Below are positions 9,223-19,342 of a DNA stretch of 64,000 bases, one piece after another (the stretch's first letter is position 1; each line of letters begins with the position of its first letter). The stretch comes from a virus: IMG/VR virus record IMGVR_UViG_3300046171_000155. One strand, 5' to 3'. A program made the position numbers and the translations under genes. Under the pieces are notes generated by a model. It was given only the letters and a program-made list of their open reading frames with translations, had not been told where the DNA came from and ran no database searches.

Positions 9223-9540
9223 TTACCATGCGCGACACGACCAATAGCGTGCCTTCCACTTCGGGCCAGGATCTGCACAATTGTGCCTAGCTCGAAAACT
9301 TTTACGACGAGCGGGATTGCTTTTCTTAATTTTCATATTCGGATCACCGAATGAGACCTTCACGACATTTCCCTTTTCGTTTTTTGTATATACGTAGAAC
9401 TTCTTAGACCCACCACGTACAGGTTTGTTCAATGTAACAGTCTTACCCTGATACTCTGCTTCGGTCAGTTCTAACTCTTCGTTGAGAGACGCACACGCCT
9501 CACAACATCTTTCTTCTACATACTGTTTAAACTTTTTCAT
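9223..9540 (-). CDS. conserved phage protein (DUF6321-like)
   Basis: KKFYVY...VKVSFGDPNMKIK...RRKSFRARHNC...ARYWSC. Confidence 0.75.
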   Translation of the reverse strand: MKKFKQYVEERCCEACASLNEELELTEAEYQGKTVTLNKPVRGGSKKFYVYTKNEKGNVVKVSFGDPNMKIKKSNPARRKSFRARHNCADPGPKWKARYWSCRAW

Positions 9541-11789
9541 TTTGAAAGTAATGCCTTTGCTTTGGCACGATCGTGGAAAGCGAATGTATAAGACTTACCG
9601 TCTTTTTCGTCCTTGACCACATAACCAGATTTGGTCATCTTAGTGATCTTACCCATTCTCTTATCGCCATTCTTAGGTTCATAGTAATCAACGTCTCGTC
9701 CAACGTTTATTGAGTTCTTTGTCTCTGCGCCCATGCCTTTAGTTGCAAGTGTACGGTAGTTTTCATCAATAAATTCGACTTCTTCACGCATAAGTTTACC
9801 ACCTTTCACTCTGAATCCGTTATCCTTTAGGATCTTAGTGATAGTAGTCCTCTTCGTAAAGTCGTCCATGTCTTTCAACATTTTGGTCAAACCCATGAAT
9901 GCTTTGTCTTGGACATTGACACTAGAGTTATTGTGGATTGCACGAACGTATGCTGCAGCCTTCTCGAACTCAATGCCCTTACTCTTGTGCTTCAAGAGTT
10001 CTTTAGACATCTTCATGAAGTCTACTGCTTCGTCAAGTTCGATATCTTCTTTTCTTGGGGTGCGACCTTTGAGTAGTGAATGAATGGCTTTCGACTCTTT
10101 GCCTTTGATACGGCGATCTTTTTTGATCTCTTTATCGACAGCGCCTTTGTTGTACTTGGATTCACCAAGTTCGACTGACTCATTTGCAGAACGTTTTTTC
10201 AGGGCCTTATCAAAGTGCTTCTTTTGTCGTCTGCTTTTATCCGCTTTATCTAAGTCTTTCAGAGCTTTGATGCCGTGACCACCTTCTGGGGATTTCAAGT
10301 GCTTCTTTGTATTCTTCGTGGCAGAGTTTCTCGCGTCAACAGTATTTTTACTTGCTTTATCCCTTGCCCTTTTCAATAAACTAGTAGAGATTTCATCTAG
10401 GTTTTCTTCGACCGACTCATTTGCTTGTTGAAGTGCCGCTTGTACTGCCTTGTGTTTAGACAGACCTTTCTTCATTTTCTCAATCTCGCGAACAGCACCT
10501 GTCATATTACCGCCCATTTTTTCGGCAGTTTTGATTGCTTTGATAAGTAGGTTTCGGTCAGCGATCTTGTTGTGAATACCCATATCAGAAAGTTTTGCTT
10601 CAGTGACTTCTTCAACGTGACGAATAACAGTATATTTGCCACCAACCTTATCGACTTTGTTACCCATCGACGCCTTTTTATCTGCTGCAGACTTAGACAT
10701 AGGACCAGTCGTTCTACCTGACTTCTTGTCGGTTGGGTGAGTGTACTTTACTGCATACTTCTGTTCTTCTAGATCTGCAGATTCCATCTTGTAGTTGCCA
10801 GTCTTTCTCTGCTTTTTCATCAGAGCATGCAACTTTGCCAATTTGTCTTTTTCGTTTGGCGTTAGGGAGTCACGAGTCTTCTTTGCTTGAATACGGTTTA
10901 CTGACTTACCATATTCTTTTGTTGATTCTCTAAACTGATTACTGTGGATTTCTATGCCATGACCCTTAACTGCTTTTTGAATTGATTTGTCATCAAGTTT
11001 GCTTGGGTCTTCTCGTGTTCCGATTGTTACAGTTCCGACCCACTTGTTTCCTCTGGATGGCGATATTGTGTTTGTAACAAGTCCGCCCATCTTCTTAACA
11101 GCATCTCGCAAAGCAATTCTGTCTTGTTTCCACTCATCTTTTATCGCACCAAGGTCCGATGGTTTAGGGCTATTCGGTAACTGGTCCCTGTAATTGAATT
11201 CAACATCAGTGACCTTCACTAAACCTTCTTCTAAGTTCGATGCAGTTTCTTCTTTCTTAAGGCCGCCCATCGCATTACCATACATCTTTTTCTTCATGCT
11301 CTTATATCTTGCAGAAGAATCTGGACCTTTGCTTCCTGATGCCTTACGTTCCTTTGCCTTATCTGCCGCGATTTCTGCTGCAGTTGGCTTACGGTATACT
11401 TCATCAAGTTCGCTGGCATTACCATAAGAAGACCTTCCTATGATAGCACGTAGGAAGTCATTCAACTTACCCTTTGGTCCGCTGATAGAAACGTGCCCGC
11501 CTTGAGCCTTTGCCTTTAGACCAAACCGTGTTGCGCCTGAAGCAACTTTGTCTGGCGCAGTTGTCTTGATCTTTGACGTTGCTTCGTTGACTGACTCAAG
11601 CGCACCAGCAGGTTGACCCTGTTTCTGGTTTTGGTCTAGTGAGGCAGGTTGATTCGGATACTGGGTCTTCATTTTCTTAACAGCATCACGACTATTATTC
11701 GCCTTGGTCTTAACGGTCATAGAGTCGCGGCCGCTTCCTACCTTGACGAAGAATATCTTGTTCTCTCTCAATTCAAAAAAATCTTTCAC
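9537..11789 (-). CDS. large Lys-rich probable internal head polyprotein
   Basis: 750 aa; basic modules separated by acidic ESVxE/LDE/LEE linkers; starts MKDFFELRE. Confidence 0.65.
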   Translation of the reverse strand: MKDFFELRENKIFFVKVGSGRDSMTVKTKANNSRDAVKKMKTQYPNQPASLDQNQKQGQPAGALESVNEATSKIKTTAPDKVASGATRFGLKAKAQGGHVSISGPKGKLNDFLRAIIGRSSYGNASELDEVYRKPTAAEIAADKAKERKASGSKGPDSSARYKSMKKKMYGNAMGGLKKEETASNLEEGLVKVTDVEFNYRDQLPNSPKPSDLGAIKDEWKQDRIALRDAVKKMGGLVTNTISPSRGNKWVGTVTIGTREDPSKLDDKSIQKAVKGHGIEIHSNQFRESTKEYGKSVNRIQAKKTRDSLTPNEKDKLAKLHALMKKQRKTGNYKMESADLEEQKYAVKYTHPTDKKSGRTTGPMSKSAADKKASMGNKVDKVGGKYTVIRHVEEVTEAKLSDMGIHNKIADRNLLIKAIKTAEKMGGNMTGAVREIEKMKKGLSKHKAVQAALQQANESVEENLDEISTSLLKRARDKASKNTVDARNSATKNTKKHLKSPEGGHGIKALKDLDKADKSRRQKKHFDKALKKRSANESVELGESKYNKGAVDKEIKKDRRIKGKESKAIHSLLKGRTPRKEDIELDEAVDFMKMSKELLKHKSKGIEFEKAAAYVRAIHNNSSVNVQDKAFMGLTKMLKDMDDFTKRTTITKILKDNGFRVKGGKLMREEVEFIDENYRTLATKGMGAETKNSINVGRDVDYYEPKNGDKRMGKITKMTKSGYVVKDEKDGKSYTFAFHDRAKAKALLSK

Positions 11790-11794
11790 TTTAT

Positions 11795-11974
11795 TTAACT
11801 TCCTCTTGATGCGCCTCGAAATACCTTCGTTCCCGCAACTGGATTGACTGATTTAACTTTACTATTTATAGGGTTGAAATTAGTGCCACCGTAGTTGTTA
11901 TCGGTTGCCTGTTGCAGTCTTTCTTTTTTTGCAGCAGACATCTTCTTGTTACGTGGTTTCTTCGATTTGCTCAT
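11795..11974 (-). CDS. small basic protein (not in ORF track)
   Basis: MSKSKKPRNKKMSAAKKERLQ...VFRGASRGS. Confidence 0.5.
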   Translation of the reverse strand: MSKSKKPRNKKMSAAKKERLQQATDNNYGGTNFNPINSKVKSVNPVAGTKVFRGASRGS

Positions 11975-11991
11975 ACGTTACCCTTATTTAA

Positions 11992-12183
11992 TTATTCTAC
12001 TGCGTAACCCATCTTCTTCAATTCTGCCTTAGAGAAAGATGGTGGTGGTTTACTGAAAAAGTCAGCCGACTTCTTGATCTTGTCTAGTCGCTTCTGCGAA
12101 CCAAGACCATGTTTCGCCGCACGAGCGGAAAGACGGTCTTGTGCAGACCGCCTTGCTTCTCTTATTTCAGTAAACTTTTTCAT
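11992..12183 (-). CDS. small basic protein with CTS-like N-terminus
   Basis: Starts MKKFTEIRE. Confidence 0.6.
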   Translation of the reverse strand: MKKFTEIREARRSAQDRLSARAAKHGLGSQKRLDKIKKSADFFSKPPPSFSKAELKKMGYAVE

Positions 12184-12185
12184 AA

Positions 12186-13416
12186 TTATCCTAATGCAAC
12201 AGAAATACCAAATCGATCATCCTCGGCACCATCAAATGCAGTTAGTTTCGTTGGTTGAGCAGAAAGATCATTCGCGTCATAGACATAGACTGAACCAGAC
12301 CTAAATCCGTTATCGCCGTCAAACTGTGCACCAACAACAATCTGATCACCACTAACGGCAATTGAAATACCAAATCGATCATCCGCAGCACCATCAAACG
12401 CTGTTAGTTTCGTTGGTTGAGCAGAAAGATCATTCGCGTCAAAGACATAGACTGAACCAGATGCAGACCCATTGTCGTCGTCAAACATTGCACTAACGAA
12501 GATCTTATCTGCATTAGCAGCAACTGAGTAACCGAAGATATCACTCGCAGCACCATCAAACGCTGTTAGTTTCGTTGGTTGAGCAGATAGGTCATTAGCG
12601 TCAAAGACATAGACAGAACCAGAATTATATCCATTGTCGTCGTCGTTTTGCATACCAACAAAAATCCTATTGTCGGTAACAGCAACTGCGGTTCCAAAGT
12701 AATCACTCGCAGCAGCATCAAACGCTGTTAGTTTAGTCGGTTGAGCGGATAGATCGTTCATATTATAAACGTAAACTGAACCAGAACTAGTTCCGTCGTC
12801 GTCGTCACTAGGTGCACCAACAACAAGATTATTGTCGGAAACAGCAATTGCTTGCCCGAAAACGTCGTAATCAGCAGCATCAAACGCAGTTAGTTTGACC
12901 GCTTGCGCTGTTAAGTCGTTTGCATCATAAACATAGACTGAACCAGAAAAATTGGGATCATCATAAAGTGCACTAACAACAATCTTATCATCCGTAGCGG
13001 CAAGTACCTCTCCGAATCGGTCTTCTGCATCACCATCAAACGCTGTTAGTTTAGTCGGTTGTGTAGATAAATTGTTTGCGTCATAGACATAGACTGAACC
13101 AGAACTAGATCCATCGTCGTCGTCTCCCCAAGCACCAACAATTATCTTATCTGCATTAGCAACTACTGAGTTTCCAAAGTAATCACTCGCAGCACCATCA
13201 AACGCTGTTAGTTTAGTCGGTTGTGTAGATAAATTGTTTGCGTCATAGACATAGACTGAACCAGAGTTAGATCCATCGTCGTCGTCAAACCGAGAACCAA
13301 CTACCACCCAGTTTGCAGATGGTGCTGGTCCTACATATGGTGGGTTGTCTGCGTCAACACCGGCAATTACTTGACCAGGCCTGAAACACAGCACCCGCTA
13401 AAATTTGATTTGCCAT
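12186..13416 (-). CDS. FG-GAP repeat beta-propeller protein (probable virion protein; frameshift near start)
   Basis: Seven repeats of KLTAFDGA..D.FG.SVA....IVVGA..DDD.G..SGSVYVYD; likely true start MANQILAG, out of frame by one base. Confidence 0.8.
12200..13290. repeat. coding tandem repeat, about 160-165 bp unit
   Basis: The block catcaaacgctgttagttt..ggttg..gata...tcatagacatagactgaacc recurs about 7 times. Confidence 0.85.
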
Positions 13417-13442
13417 TTTTGTTAAAAACCTCTATTTGAGTT

Positions 13443-13716
13443 TTATGCTAAGTCTTTGTCATGGTTGAGGCCGCCTTTCTTCTTCTTGACGATGAAAGCG
13501 TTAACCCTTGCCATTCCCCATTGTTGTGGTGTGGTTCCTGGACGGTGCCCTGTTTTCCACGCCGCCATACCACGATTATAAACTTTTTTAAGTGTACCCT
13601 ACAGAGATGCCAGACTTCTTTGCCTTTGCAGCAAGACCGTCTGGACCTTCTTCTAGGTCAACACTATCATATACTGAATATCGCTTTTCTTCAAGATAGT
13701 TCTTAAAAGATATCAT
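13443..13716 (-). CDS. DUF5824-like phage protein, frameshifted (missed by ORF track)
   Basis: MISFKNYLEE...KAKKSGISVG / TLKKVYNRGMAAWKTGHRPGTTPQQWGMARVNAF; extra G near 13597. Confidence 0.7.
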
Positions 13717-15116
13717 GCCAATTTCCTTATCATTCCGGCAAGCACTTTTGCGTCAATATCTAGACTGAACTTGCGAATAGTATCAGCAGCGGCAAACTCT
13801 GGAGATGTGTATTTACCTTTACCCATCTCACGTTTGATGTGTTGCGCTACTTTCTTATACTTGTCCTTATTTATAGTTTTTGAACCGAGGCGACTCATTA
13901 GATCAGTCACCCAGTTCTCGAAAATATCTTCTTGGCCTGGTGTGTCTTTGAAGTAACTTCTTGCGTAACTTGTCAGTACCTTCATCACCCGCGCCATGTT
14001 CTTCTGGACACAGTCTGGTACCATCTTGTTACCTTTCTTCTTCATACCGACCTGCTTGTAACCGTCCCAACAATCTTCGTCATACATGTCCTTGAATGAC
14101 TTGGTATACTTGGATGGTTTAGTCTTGGCAGTCTTATCTCCAGGCGCAGGTTTATAGGCAGAAGAATCGTCATCTGCTTTCTTACCATGTTTCTTGAAGT
14201 GTGCATCGCGCTTTGATTTGGTGGACTTTTTCAGTCCGGCGTGGTATCGTGCAGGCTGAGTTCCTTCGCGATCTTTGATGTCTGGATCTTGTTTCTCAAC
14301 AATCTCGACAGCATCTAACCACTTACGCATTTTCTTACCGTCAGATGTTTCTACGATGACATAGTTTGCACCTAGGACGGATACAGTAGCAATCTCATCA
14401 CTTTCTTTGATCACTACTGTATCACCAACTCCAAACAGTTCACCCGAAACATATTGTTCACGAGTTTCTGATACTGTTTCTAGTTCTAGGTGATTACGGA
14501 ATTCACTAGCTTCTTTCAGACCCATGCCCTTACGCACATCGTTGAATAATGTACGTGCGTCTTTATCAGACATGGACTTAGGTGTGCCCTGAGAGAATGC
14601 AACAAAGTCATTCTTCTGTGCGTTCTCTCTTTGTTTAGAGGCAGACATGCCTTCAACTCCTGCAGAATCTGGATCTCTCTTTCCTGCAGATACTACCTTG
14701 ATGCTTTTGAAGTTGTAAAAACCATGTCTTGCTTTTTGTCCGTTGTATTTGTTCAACAGGACTTCGAATTCTGTAATACGGTCTGCACCGACAACCATAG
14801 TGACTGACTTGTAACCTTGGTTGTACAGTGTAACCATTGCGTTGATTGCGGTCTTCACCGACTTATCAACCATGACATTTCGCGCATGTTTTGGAAACAT
14901 CTTGCGAGTATGTTTTACTTTCTGTTCGTATGTAAGTGGATTCTTCTTGGAGTCCGAAGACTGCGACATGAAGATCTTATAGTCAGACTTACCAGACTTT
15001 TGCGCCAAAGTGTCCATCACTTTGCCGTGTCCGACTGTAGGTGGATTCATACGACCGAATGTAAAATATACTTCGCGTTCTTCCTCGACTAGGTACTGGG
15101 AGAAGTTCTTAATCAC
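13713..15116 (-). CDS. cytidylyltransferase-like (HIGH-family) protein with C-terminal extensions
   Basis: FTFGRMNPPTVGH, KNPL, VVGADR, SAGKRDPD and GMSASK motifs conserved in T4-like marine phages. Confidence 0.85.
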   Translation of the reverse strand: MIKNFSQYLVEEEREVYFTFGRMNPPTVGHGKVMDTLAQKSGKSDYKIFMSQSSDSKKNPLTYEQKVKHTRKMFPKHARNVMVDKSVKTAINAMVTLYNQGYKSVTMVVGADRITEFEVLLNKYNGQKARHGFYNFKSIKVVSAGKRDPDSAGVEGMSASKQRENAQKNDFVAFSQGTPKSMSDKDARTLFNDVRKGMGLKEASEFRNHLELETVSETREQYVSGELFGVGDTVVIKESDEIATVSVLGANYVIVETSDGKKMRKWLDAVEIVEKQDPDIKDREGTQPARYHAGLKKSTKSKRDAHFKKHGKKADDDSSAYKPAPGDKTAKTKPSKYTKSFKDMYDEDCWDGYKQVGMKKKGNKMVPDCVQKNMARVMKVLTSYARSYFKDTPGQEDIFENWVTDLMSRLGSKTINKDKYKKVAQHIKREMGKGKYTSPEFAAADTIRKFSLDIDAKVLAGMIRKLA

Positions 15117-15565
15117 TTCTGTACACCACCTTGTCGCTTGGCACGTTTGCGTTCCATCTCTTGCTTACGTACCGTTTTGATTAGTTTACGAGCGACTCTA
15201 TCGATGCGATTTTTTACTGCAGGTTTGTCTAGTCTCTTCTCGATTTCTTTTTTACGAGCTACAGTAAGATCACTCTTAGGAATACCTTTGGTAAGTTTCT
15301 TAGCAAACTGCATCCTTGCTTGACGACGGGCACGTTTCTTCAACGTGTCCATGTTAGCAGTCTTTCTCTCTGCACGTTTTCTTGCCATTGCAATACGAGC
15401 TTTATTTCGCTTCATGCGCATGCCAAGTTTACGTCGTTGAGAAGCGTCTAATGCTTCTGAAGTGTCTATAGACGTTTTTCTTTTCTTTGCGTTATATGCT
15501 AACTGTCCATCACCTGTCTGAGTGTAATCGACATTAACAAATTGTTTAAATGACATTGGTGCCAT
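15113..15565 (-). CDS. highly basic hypothetical protein
   Basis: Arg/Lys-rich; EALDASQRRK...LKKRARRQAR. Confidence 0.7.
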   Translation of the reverse strand: MAPMSFKQFVNVDYTQTGDGQLAYNAKKRKTSIDTSEALDASQRRKLGMRMKRNKARIAMARKRAERKTANMDTLKKRARRQARMQFAKKLTKGIPKSDLTVARKKEIEKRLDKPAVKNRIDRVARKLIKTVRKQEMERKRAKRQGGVQK

Positions 15566-15594
15566 CTAATAATCCTCTATTGGTTTATTCCATG

Positions 15595-16815
15595 TTATCT
15601 ACGGGCTGAATCCCAACCCTTTAATATATCGGATGAAAAGTTGTTGTATGAAAATTCCATACGGTCAACCAATTTCACCGCGTCACCACCAAGTGTATCA
15701 ATTGCAACGTATCCTTCTTCGCCAGTCACTTTGTAACCATTAGAAGTTTTTACGAAAGTATCAATTGACTTAAGTTTGTCTAAACTATTTATAAGCTTTA
15801 GTTTCGCAAGTACAATCAATTTTTGCAATTCGAACATTTTTACTAAGTTTGCGCGATTTTTAGGTGAGAAGAATGCCATTTCGTCTTTCATTTTAGCAGT
15901 CCACGCATCCTTACCGCGTTGAGATTTCTTACTCGCAATCTCTTTCTTGTAATACGCTTGCCTATTACTTATAAGACCGTTAACATGTCTAGTTGAGTCT
16001 GGTATCACCGTTCCTGCACGAACAAACTTATTATTGTATGTCTCGATCGCCTGTGCGAACTTAGGGTTTTCTGCCACAGTCTTGAGAGTAGAAGAAGCAG
16101 TCTGTCTGAAGAGTGTACCGATCTGCGACAATATCTCGTTGACATCTTTAGTCTCTCGTTCAGACATCGTCGCATTAGTCACGTCGGTCAACATCGCATC
16201 TTGCGACCACACGTTGCGTGACTTTTTCAACTTACTTACATCAACACCGTAGTCCGCTTTCATGTTCTCAAAAGATGTACCAGTGTATGTTGTGTGCCAT
16301 ACGATACCGATCTTAGCAGCGCGTACTTCTTTCGCTTGATCATAGGGAACTGCGTATGCGATTGTGTTTGGGTGAAACACGCTGTACTTCTGACCGTCAA
16401 TGGTCTTAGTAGTCACATCGCCACTGCCAAACAAAAAGTCGCCTTGTATGACGCCTTTGATGCCGAGCGCAGGAAGGTATCGCAAAGCATCTTTCAACTT
16501 AGAGTTTAGATCACCCGAAGTGTCCGCATCGATATCTGCGTCTGTCTTGTAGACCTTTGGGTTCTTGTTGAAGATGCCTTTCTTAGCGACAAAGAACTCG
16601 CCGTCTGAAGGGTCAGTACCACAGAAGATCGCAGGCGCACCGTCCCACTTTACAGAGATGCGTCCCTTTGATGTGCCAGATAACATGTCACGTAGTCCAC
16701 GCAAGGCGTTGATCGCCTGACGTGTGCCGTCAACTCCACCGTACAAAACTTTGTCCTCGATGTGAGTCATGTGTGTATTCTTCTGTTCTGTAATAAAGTT
16801 GCTAAAGGTTTCCAT
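15595..16815 (-). CDS. DUF6267-like protein, ATP-dependent ligase-like fold
   Basis: KNTHMTHIED, VKWDGAPAI (KxDG), QGDFLF, EGYV and VKLVDRMEFS. Confidence 0.75.
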   Translation of the reverse strand: METFSNFITEQKNTHMTHIEDKVLYGGVDGTRQAINALRGLRDMLSGTSKGRISVKWDGAPAIFCGTDPSDGEFFVAKKGIFNKNPKVYKTDADIDADTSGDLNSKLKDALRYLPALGIKGVIQGDFLFGSGDVTTKTIDGQKYSVFHPNTIAYAVPYDQAKEVRAAKIGIVWHTTYTGTSFENMKADYGVDVSKLKKSRNVWSQDAMLTDVTNATMSERETKDVNEILSQIGTLFRQTASSTLKTVAENPKFAQAIETYNNKFVRAGTVIPDSTRHVNGLISNRQAYYKKEIASKKSQRGKDAWTAKMKDEMAFFSPKNRANLVKMFELQKLIVLAKLKLINSLDKLKSIDTFVKTSNGYKVTGEEGYVAIDTLGGDAVKLVDRMEFSYNNFSSDILKGWDSARR

Positions 16816-16816
16816 A

Positions 16817-18226
16817 TTAGTATAGTTTCGCAAATGGTCCAAAGAGTTCACCCTTTTTCTGACCAAGATATGATATGTCAGAAAGTAAATCACTCAATTT
16901 TTTTACATCTCGTATAGAGAATATTTCGTTTAGAAGATCTAACTGCTGTAGTTTACTGTTCGCAACAGCGCGTTCGTTATCATTCTTCGCGGTGTCAAAT
17001 ACTGCAGCAACATTCTCAGTGAATTCTTCTGCGGTCTTGATGCTCATATCAACTTTACCCGTCGCCTTCAAAGACTTGAATCGTTTGATATGAGTCTCTT
17101 CATCATTCAGAAACTCATCTATATTCTTCGGATAGTTTCTCCAAGATCTCCATCGTTCAGTTTCTCTGATGCCGTATGCTCTAAGTGTCTGACTTACCAT
17201 ATCAAGCGGTGCCTTTCCTAGTCGAGCAGCTCGGGCACTAACGTCAGTGCCTTCCAATTTCAGGTTGTTGTACCCTCGTGAGTTCTGTCGAATCTGAAAA
17301 GCAATGGTGATCTTGCTGGATGATATCTTGAATGATGATTCTGTGTTTTCAAAATATCCTTTACCGTTAGTCTTTAGGTTGAGTTTCGCTTCGTCAAAAC
17401 TAAATGCGTAATCATCGCCGTCAAACACTTCTTCAGTATCAAAGTTCACCAACTCCCATCGAGCGGTCTTACCCGACATCTTTTTGAGTGAGATACCTAC
17501 GATCTGACGTTTGTGAAACAAGTCTTGCAGAATCACGTTGAACTCTGTAAGCGATGTACTGTTGTCTAGTATCTTCGCGTCTAGGTTTCGCTTGATTCTT
17601 TCTAGGTCTGAAACTAACCAGATATCCGCTGGGTTCCATGTGTCTTTCTGATTGATGCCGTAGAGGTTCTTGCACCGTTCAGTAATGTAGTCCATGAAAC
17701 CATCATCGCGACTGTAGTGACCGTACTGTGTATTGCCAACTTTCTGTTGCGTCAACTTCTGTTGCTCAAAGAAAACATTCTCCCAATACTCATCCATTCC
17801 AGGGTATTCTTCTAAAAGTTCTGCTCGGTACAGTTTCAGAAAAGTCTCTTTATTTGAGTACCCGTTGTTCTCGATACCTTTCTTAATCGCGAGCAGACTT
17901 GCTCGTTCTTGCATCGCAGTGGTCTTGCCGTCAGGTTGACCGAGACCAGCGCCACCACGACCACTAAACTGAGACTTGTCAATCTGTGACCAAGTGTATC
18001 CATTGAAGATGGGAGCATACTTCGAACCAGACTTTGCAACTCTGGTAATTGCAGTCATATCTTGTTTGCCGACTGCAGTTACGAACTTCTTTACTTCGTC
18101 AGTATGATTGACCTTCTGAGAGACATTGCCCTTGAATTTGACATCATCACCGTTAGTGATACTCTCAGCGAGCATATTCAAATATGGTTTTGCAAAACCA
18201 AATTCATTCGCTCCGAGCATTGCCAT
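16817..18226 (-). CDS. phage protein with PD-(D/E)xK nuclease-like core
   Basis: QE...DTWNPADIWL...GISLKK motif. Confidence 0.6.
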   Translation of the reverse strand: MAMLGANEFGFAKPYLNMLAESITNGDDVKFKGNVSQKVNHTDEVKKFVTAVGKQDMTAITRVAKSGSKYAPIFNGYTWSQIDKSQFSGRGGAGLGQPDGKTTAMQERASLLAIKKGIENNGYSNKETFLKLYRAELLEEYPGMDEYWENVFFEQQKLTQQKVGNTQYGHYSRDDGFMDYITERCKNLYGINQKDTWNPADIWLVSDLERIKRNLDAKILDNSTSLTEFNVILQDLFHKRQIVGISLKKMSGKTARWELVNFDTEEVFDGDDYAFSFDEAKLNLKTNGKGYFENTESSFKISSSKITIAFQIRQNSRGYNNLKLEGTDVSARAARLGKAPLDMVSQTLRAYGIRETERWRSWRNYPKNIDEFLNDEETHIKRFKSLKATGKVDMSIKTAEEFTENVAAVFDTAKNDNERAVANSKLQQLDLLNEIFSIRDVKKLSDLLSDISYLGQKKGELFGPFAKLY

Positions 18227-18250
18227 GTGATAGTCTCCGTTAGTTAGATA

Positions 18251-18278
18251 AGTATAACAGATACTATTTATATGTCAA
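18251..18278 (-). promoter_or_regulatory. nested sigma70 and late promoter
   Basis: TTGACA..TATACT with TATAAATA (18265-18272) inside the spacer. Confidence 0.55.
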
Positions 18279-18946
18279 GCGTATTCCCAGAATTTTCTGC
18301 GTTGTATTTTGCTATTGTCTCGCGCAAGGGACGGACCCACGTATCTCTATGTTCGATAAAGATTTGCGGTTCGTGGTTGTCAACTGAGACAATCGTCACT
18401 AACTGAGTGATTGGTTGTTTAGTACGCTCTTCCCACATGATTGCGTAGGCGGACTCTTGCATGAAGTAATTGGTGATCCAATCCTTTCGTTTGGGTTTCA
18501 TAGATGTTTTGAAATCAATGATAGAAAGACTACCATCGAACTCAGCAACGCAATCGACGCGACCAGCCACTCCCAAGTGGTTTGAGTAGAGAGGGGCTTC
18601 CTGTGCGATATACTCGACCGATACGATTATCCAAAATGGGCTTAAGATCACCAAAGCTACTAATAATGTCTGGAGTATATCCATCTTTAAAGTTCTCCTC
18701 GTTGTTGATATACTTCTCTACGATCTCGTGGACTCGCGTCCCACGCGAGGATGCGCGGTGCGAGATACGATTCGCTTCTTCATGACCTACTCTTGCTCGC
18801 CACTTTGCAATAGATTCACGGGACAGTATCGAAAGAACTGTTGTGATGGATGGAAGGTTGATGCCTTCAGGTGTGCGGTACTGTCGCCCCTTCTCAGTGG
18901 TGACAGCATTCATTTCGGTTAATTCTGTAAATACGTGTTCAAACAT
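18268..18946 (-). CDS. Cas4-like PD-(D/E)xK exonuclease (frameshifted near 18610)
   Basis: LPSITTVLS, RGTRVH in one frame; QEAPLYS...AGRVDCVAEFDG..SIIDFKTS, YFMQ..AY in the next. Confidence 0.85.
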
Positions 18947-19104
18947 TATATATCCAAGTCTTTTTGGTCAATTTCTCTTCGCTCTTTTCTCACAAGATAT
19001 GCCGCAACGATAAAACCAGTTGTAGACAAAAATCCAATGAAAGCAAAAAAGTATAGTAGATATTGTAGCATAAAAACTCTCACGTGTCAATAATAAAAAA
19101 AGAA

Positions 19105-19254
19105 TCCTCACTGGCGCGGGACCATAATTAGCACATTATATTTGAAGCCGAACCCACTATTCATTGCTAGGCATACTTACATGCGCTATTGAGAGATCGC
19201 AACTTTCGTGTCTCTGGTCTTCGTGCTAGGTCTGCAGACCACGCCGAGTGAGGA
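19105..19254 (-). ncRNA. candidate structured non-coding RNA
   Basis: Ends pair (UCCUCACU-C-GGCGUGG / CCGCGCC-AGUGAGGA); inner helices GACC/GGUC, UAGCAC/GUGCUA, GAAG/CUUC; two hairpins; followed by a U7 tract. Confidence 0.6.
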
Positions 19255-19257
19255 AAC

Positions 19258-19333
19258 TGGTGGAGCTAGAGGGAGTCGAACCCACGACCTCTTGAATGCA
19301 AATCAAGCGCTCTCCCAACTGAGCTATAGCCCC
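19258..19333 (-). tRNA. tRNA-Ala(UGC)
   Basis: GGGGCTATAGCTCAG...TTGCA...GGTTCGACTCC...CCA cloverleaf. Confidence 0.95.
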
Positions 19334-19342
19334 TATATTTCC

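Noticed and set aside
12200-13290. CRISPR-like array
   Set aside because: The repeats are in-frame, about 165-bp coding units of an FG-GAP protein, with no unique spacers and no cas genes.
13940-14010. Odd peptide QKNMARVMKVLTSYARS in the cytidylyltransferase ORF
   Set aside because: The alternative frame reads EEHGAGDEGTDKLRKK, typical of these proteins, so this is probably two compensating indels.
18268-18946. Cas4 as evidence of a CRISPR-Cas system
   Set aside because: It is the stand-alone Cas4-like exonuclease common in T4-like phages; there is no array or other cas gene.
19105-19333. tmRNA or RNase P identity for the RNA next to tRNA-Ala
   Set aside because: The tRNA-Ala is complete, with anticodon arm and CCA, and no tag ORF is evident. 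The GAAAGU and CGGCUU words do not form a proper RNase P P4 helix, and the RNA is too short.
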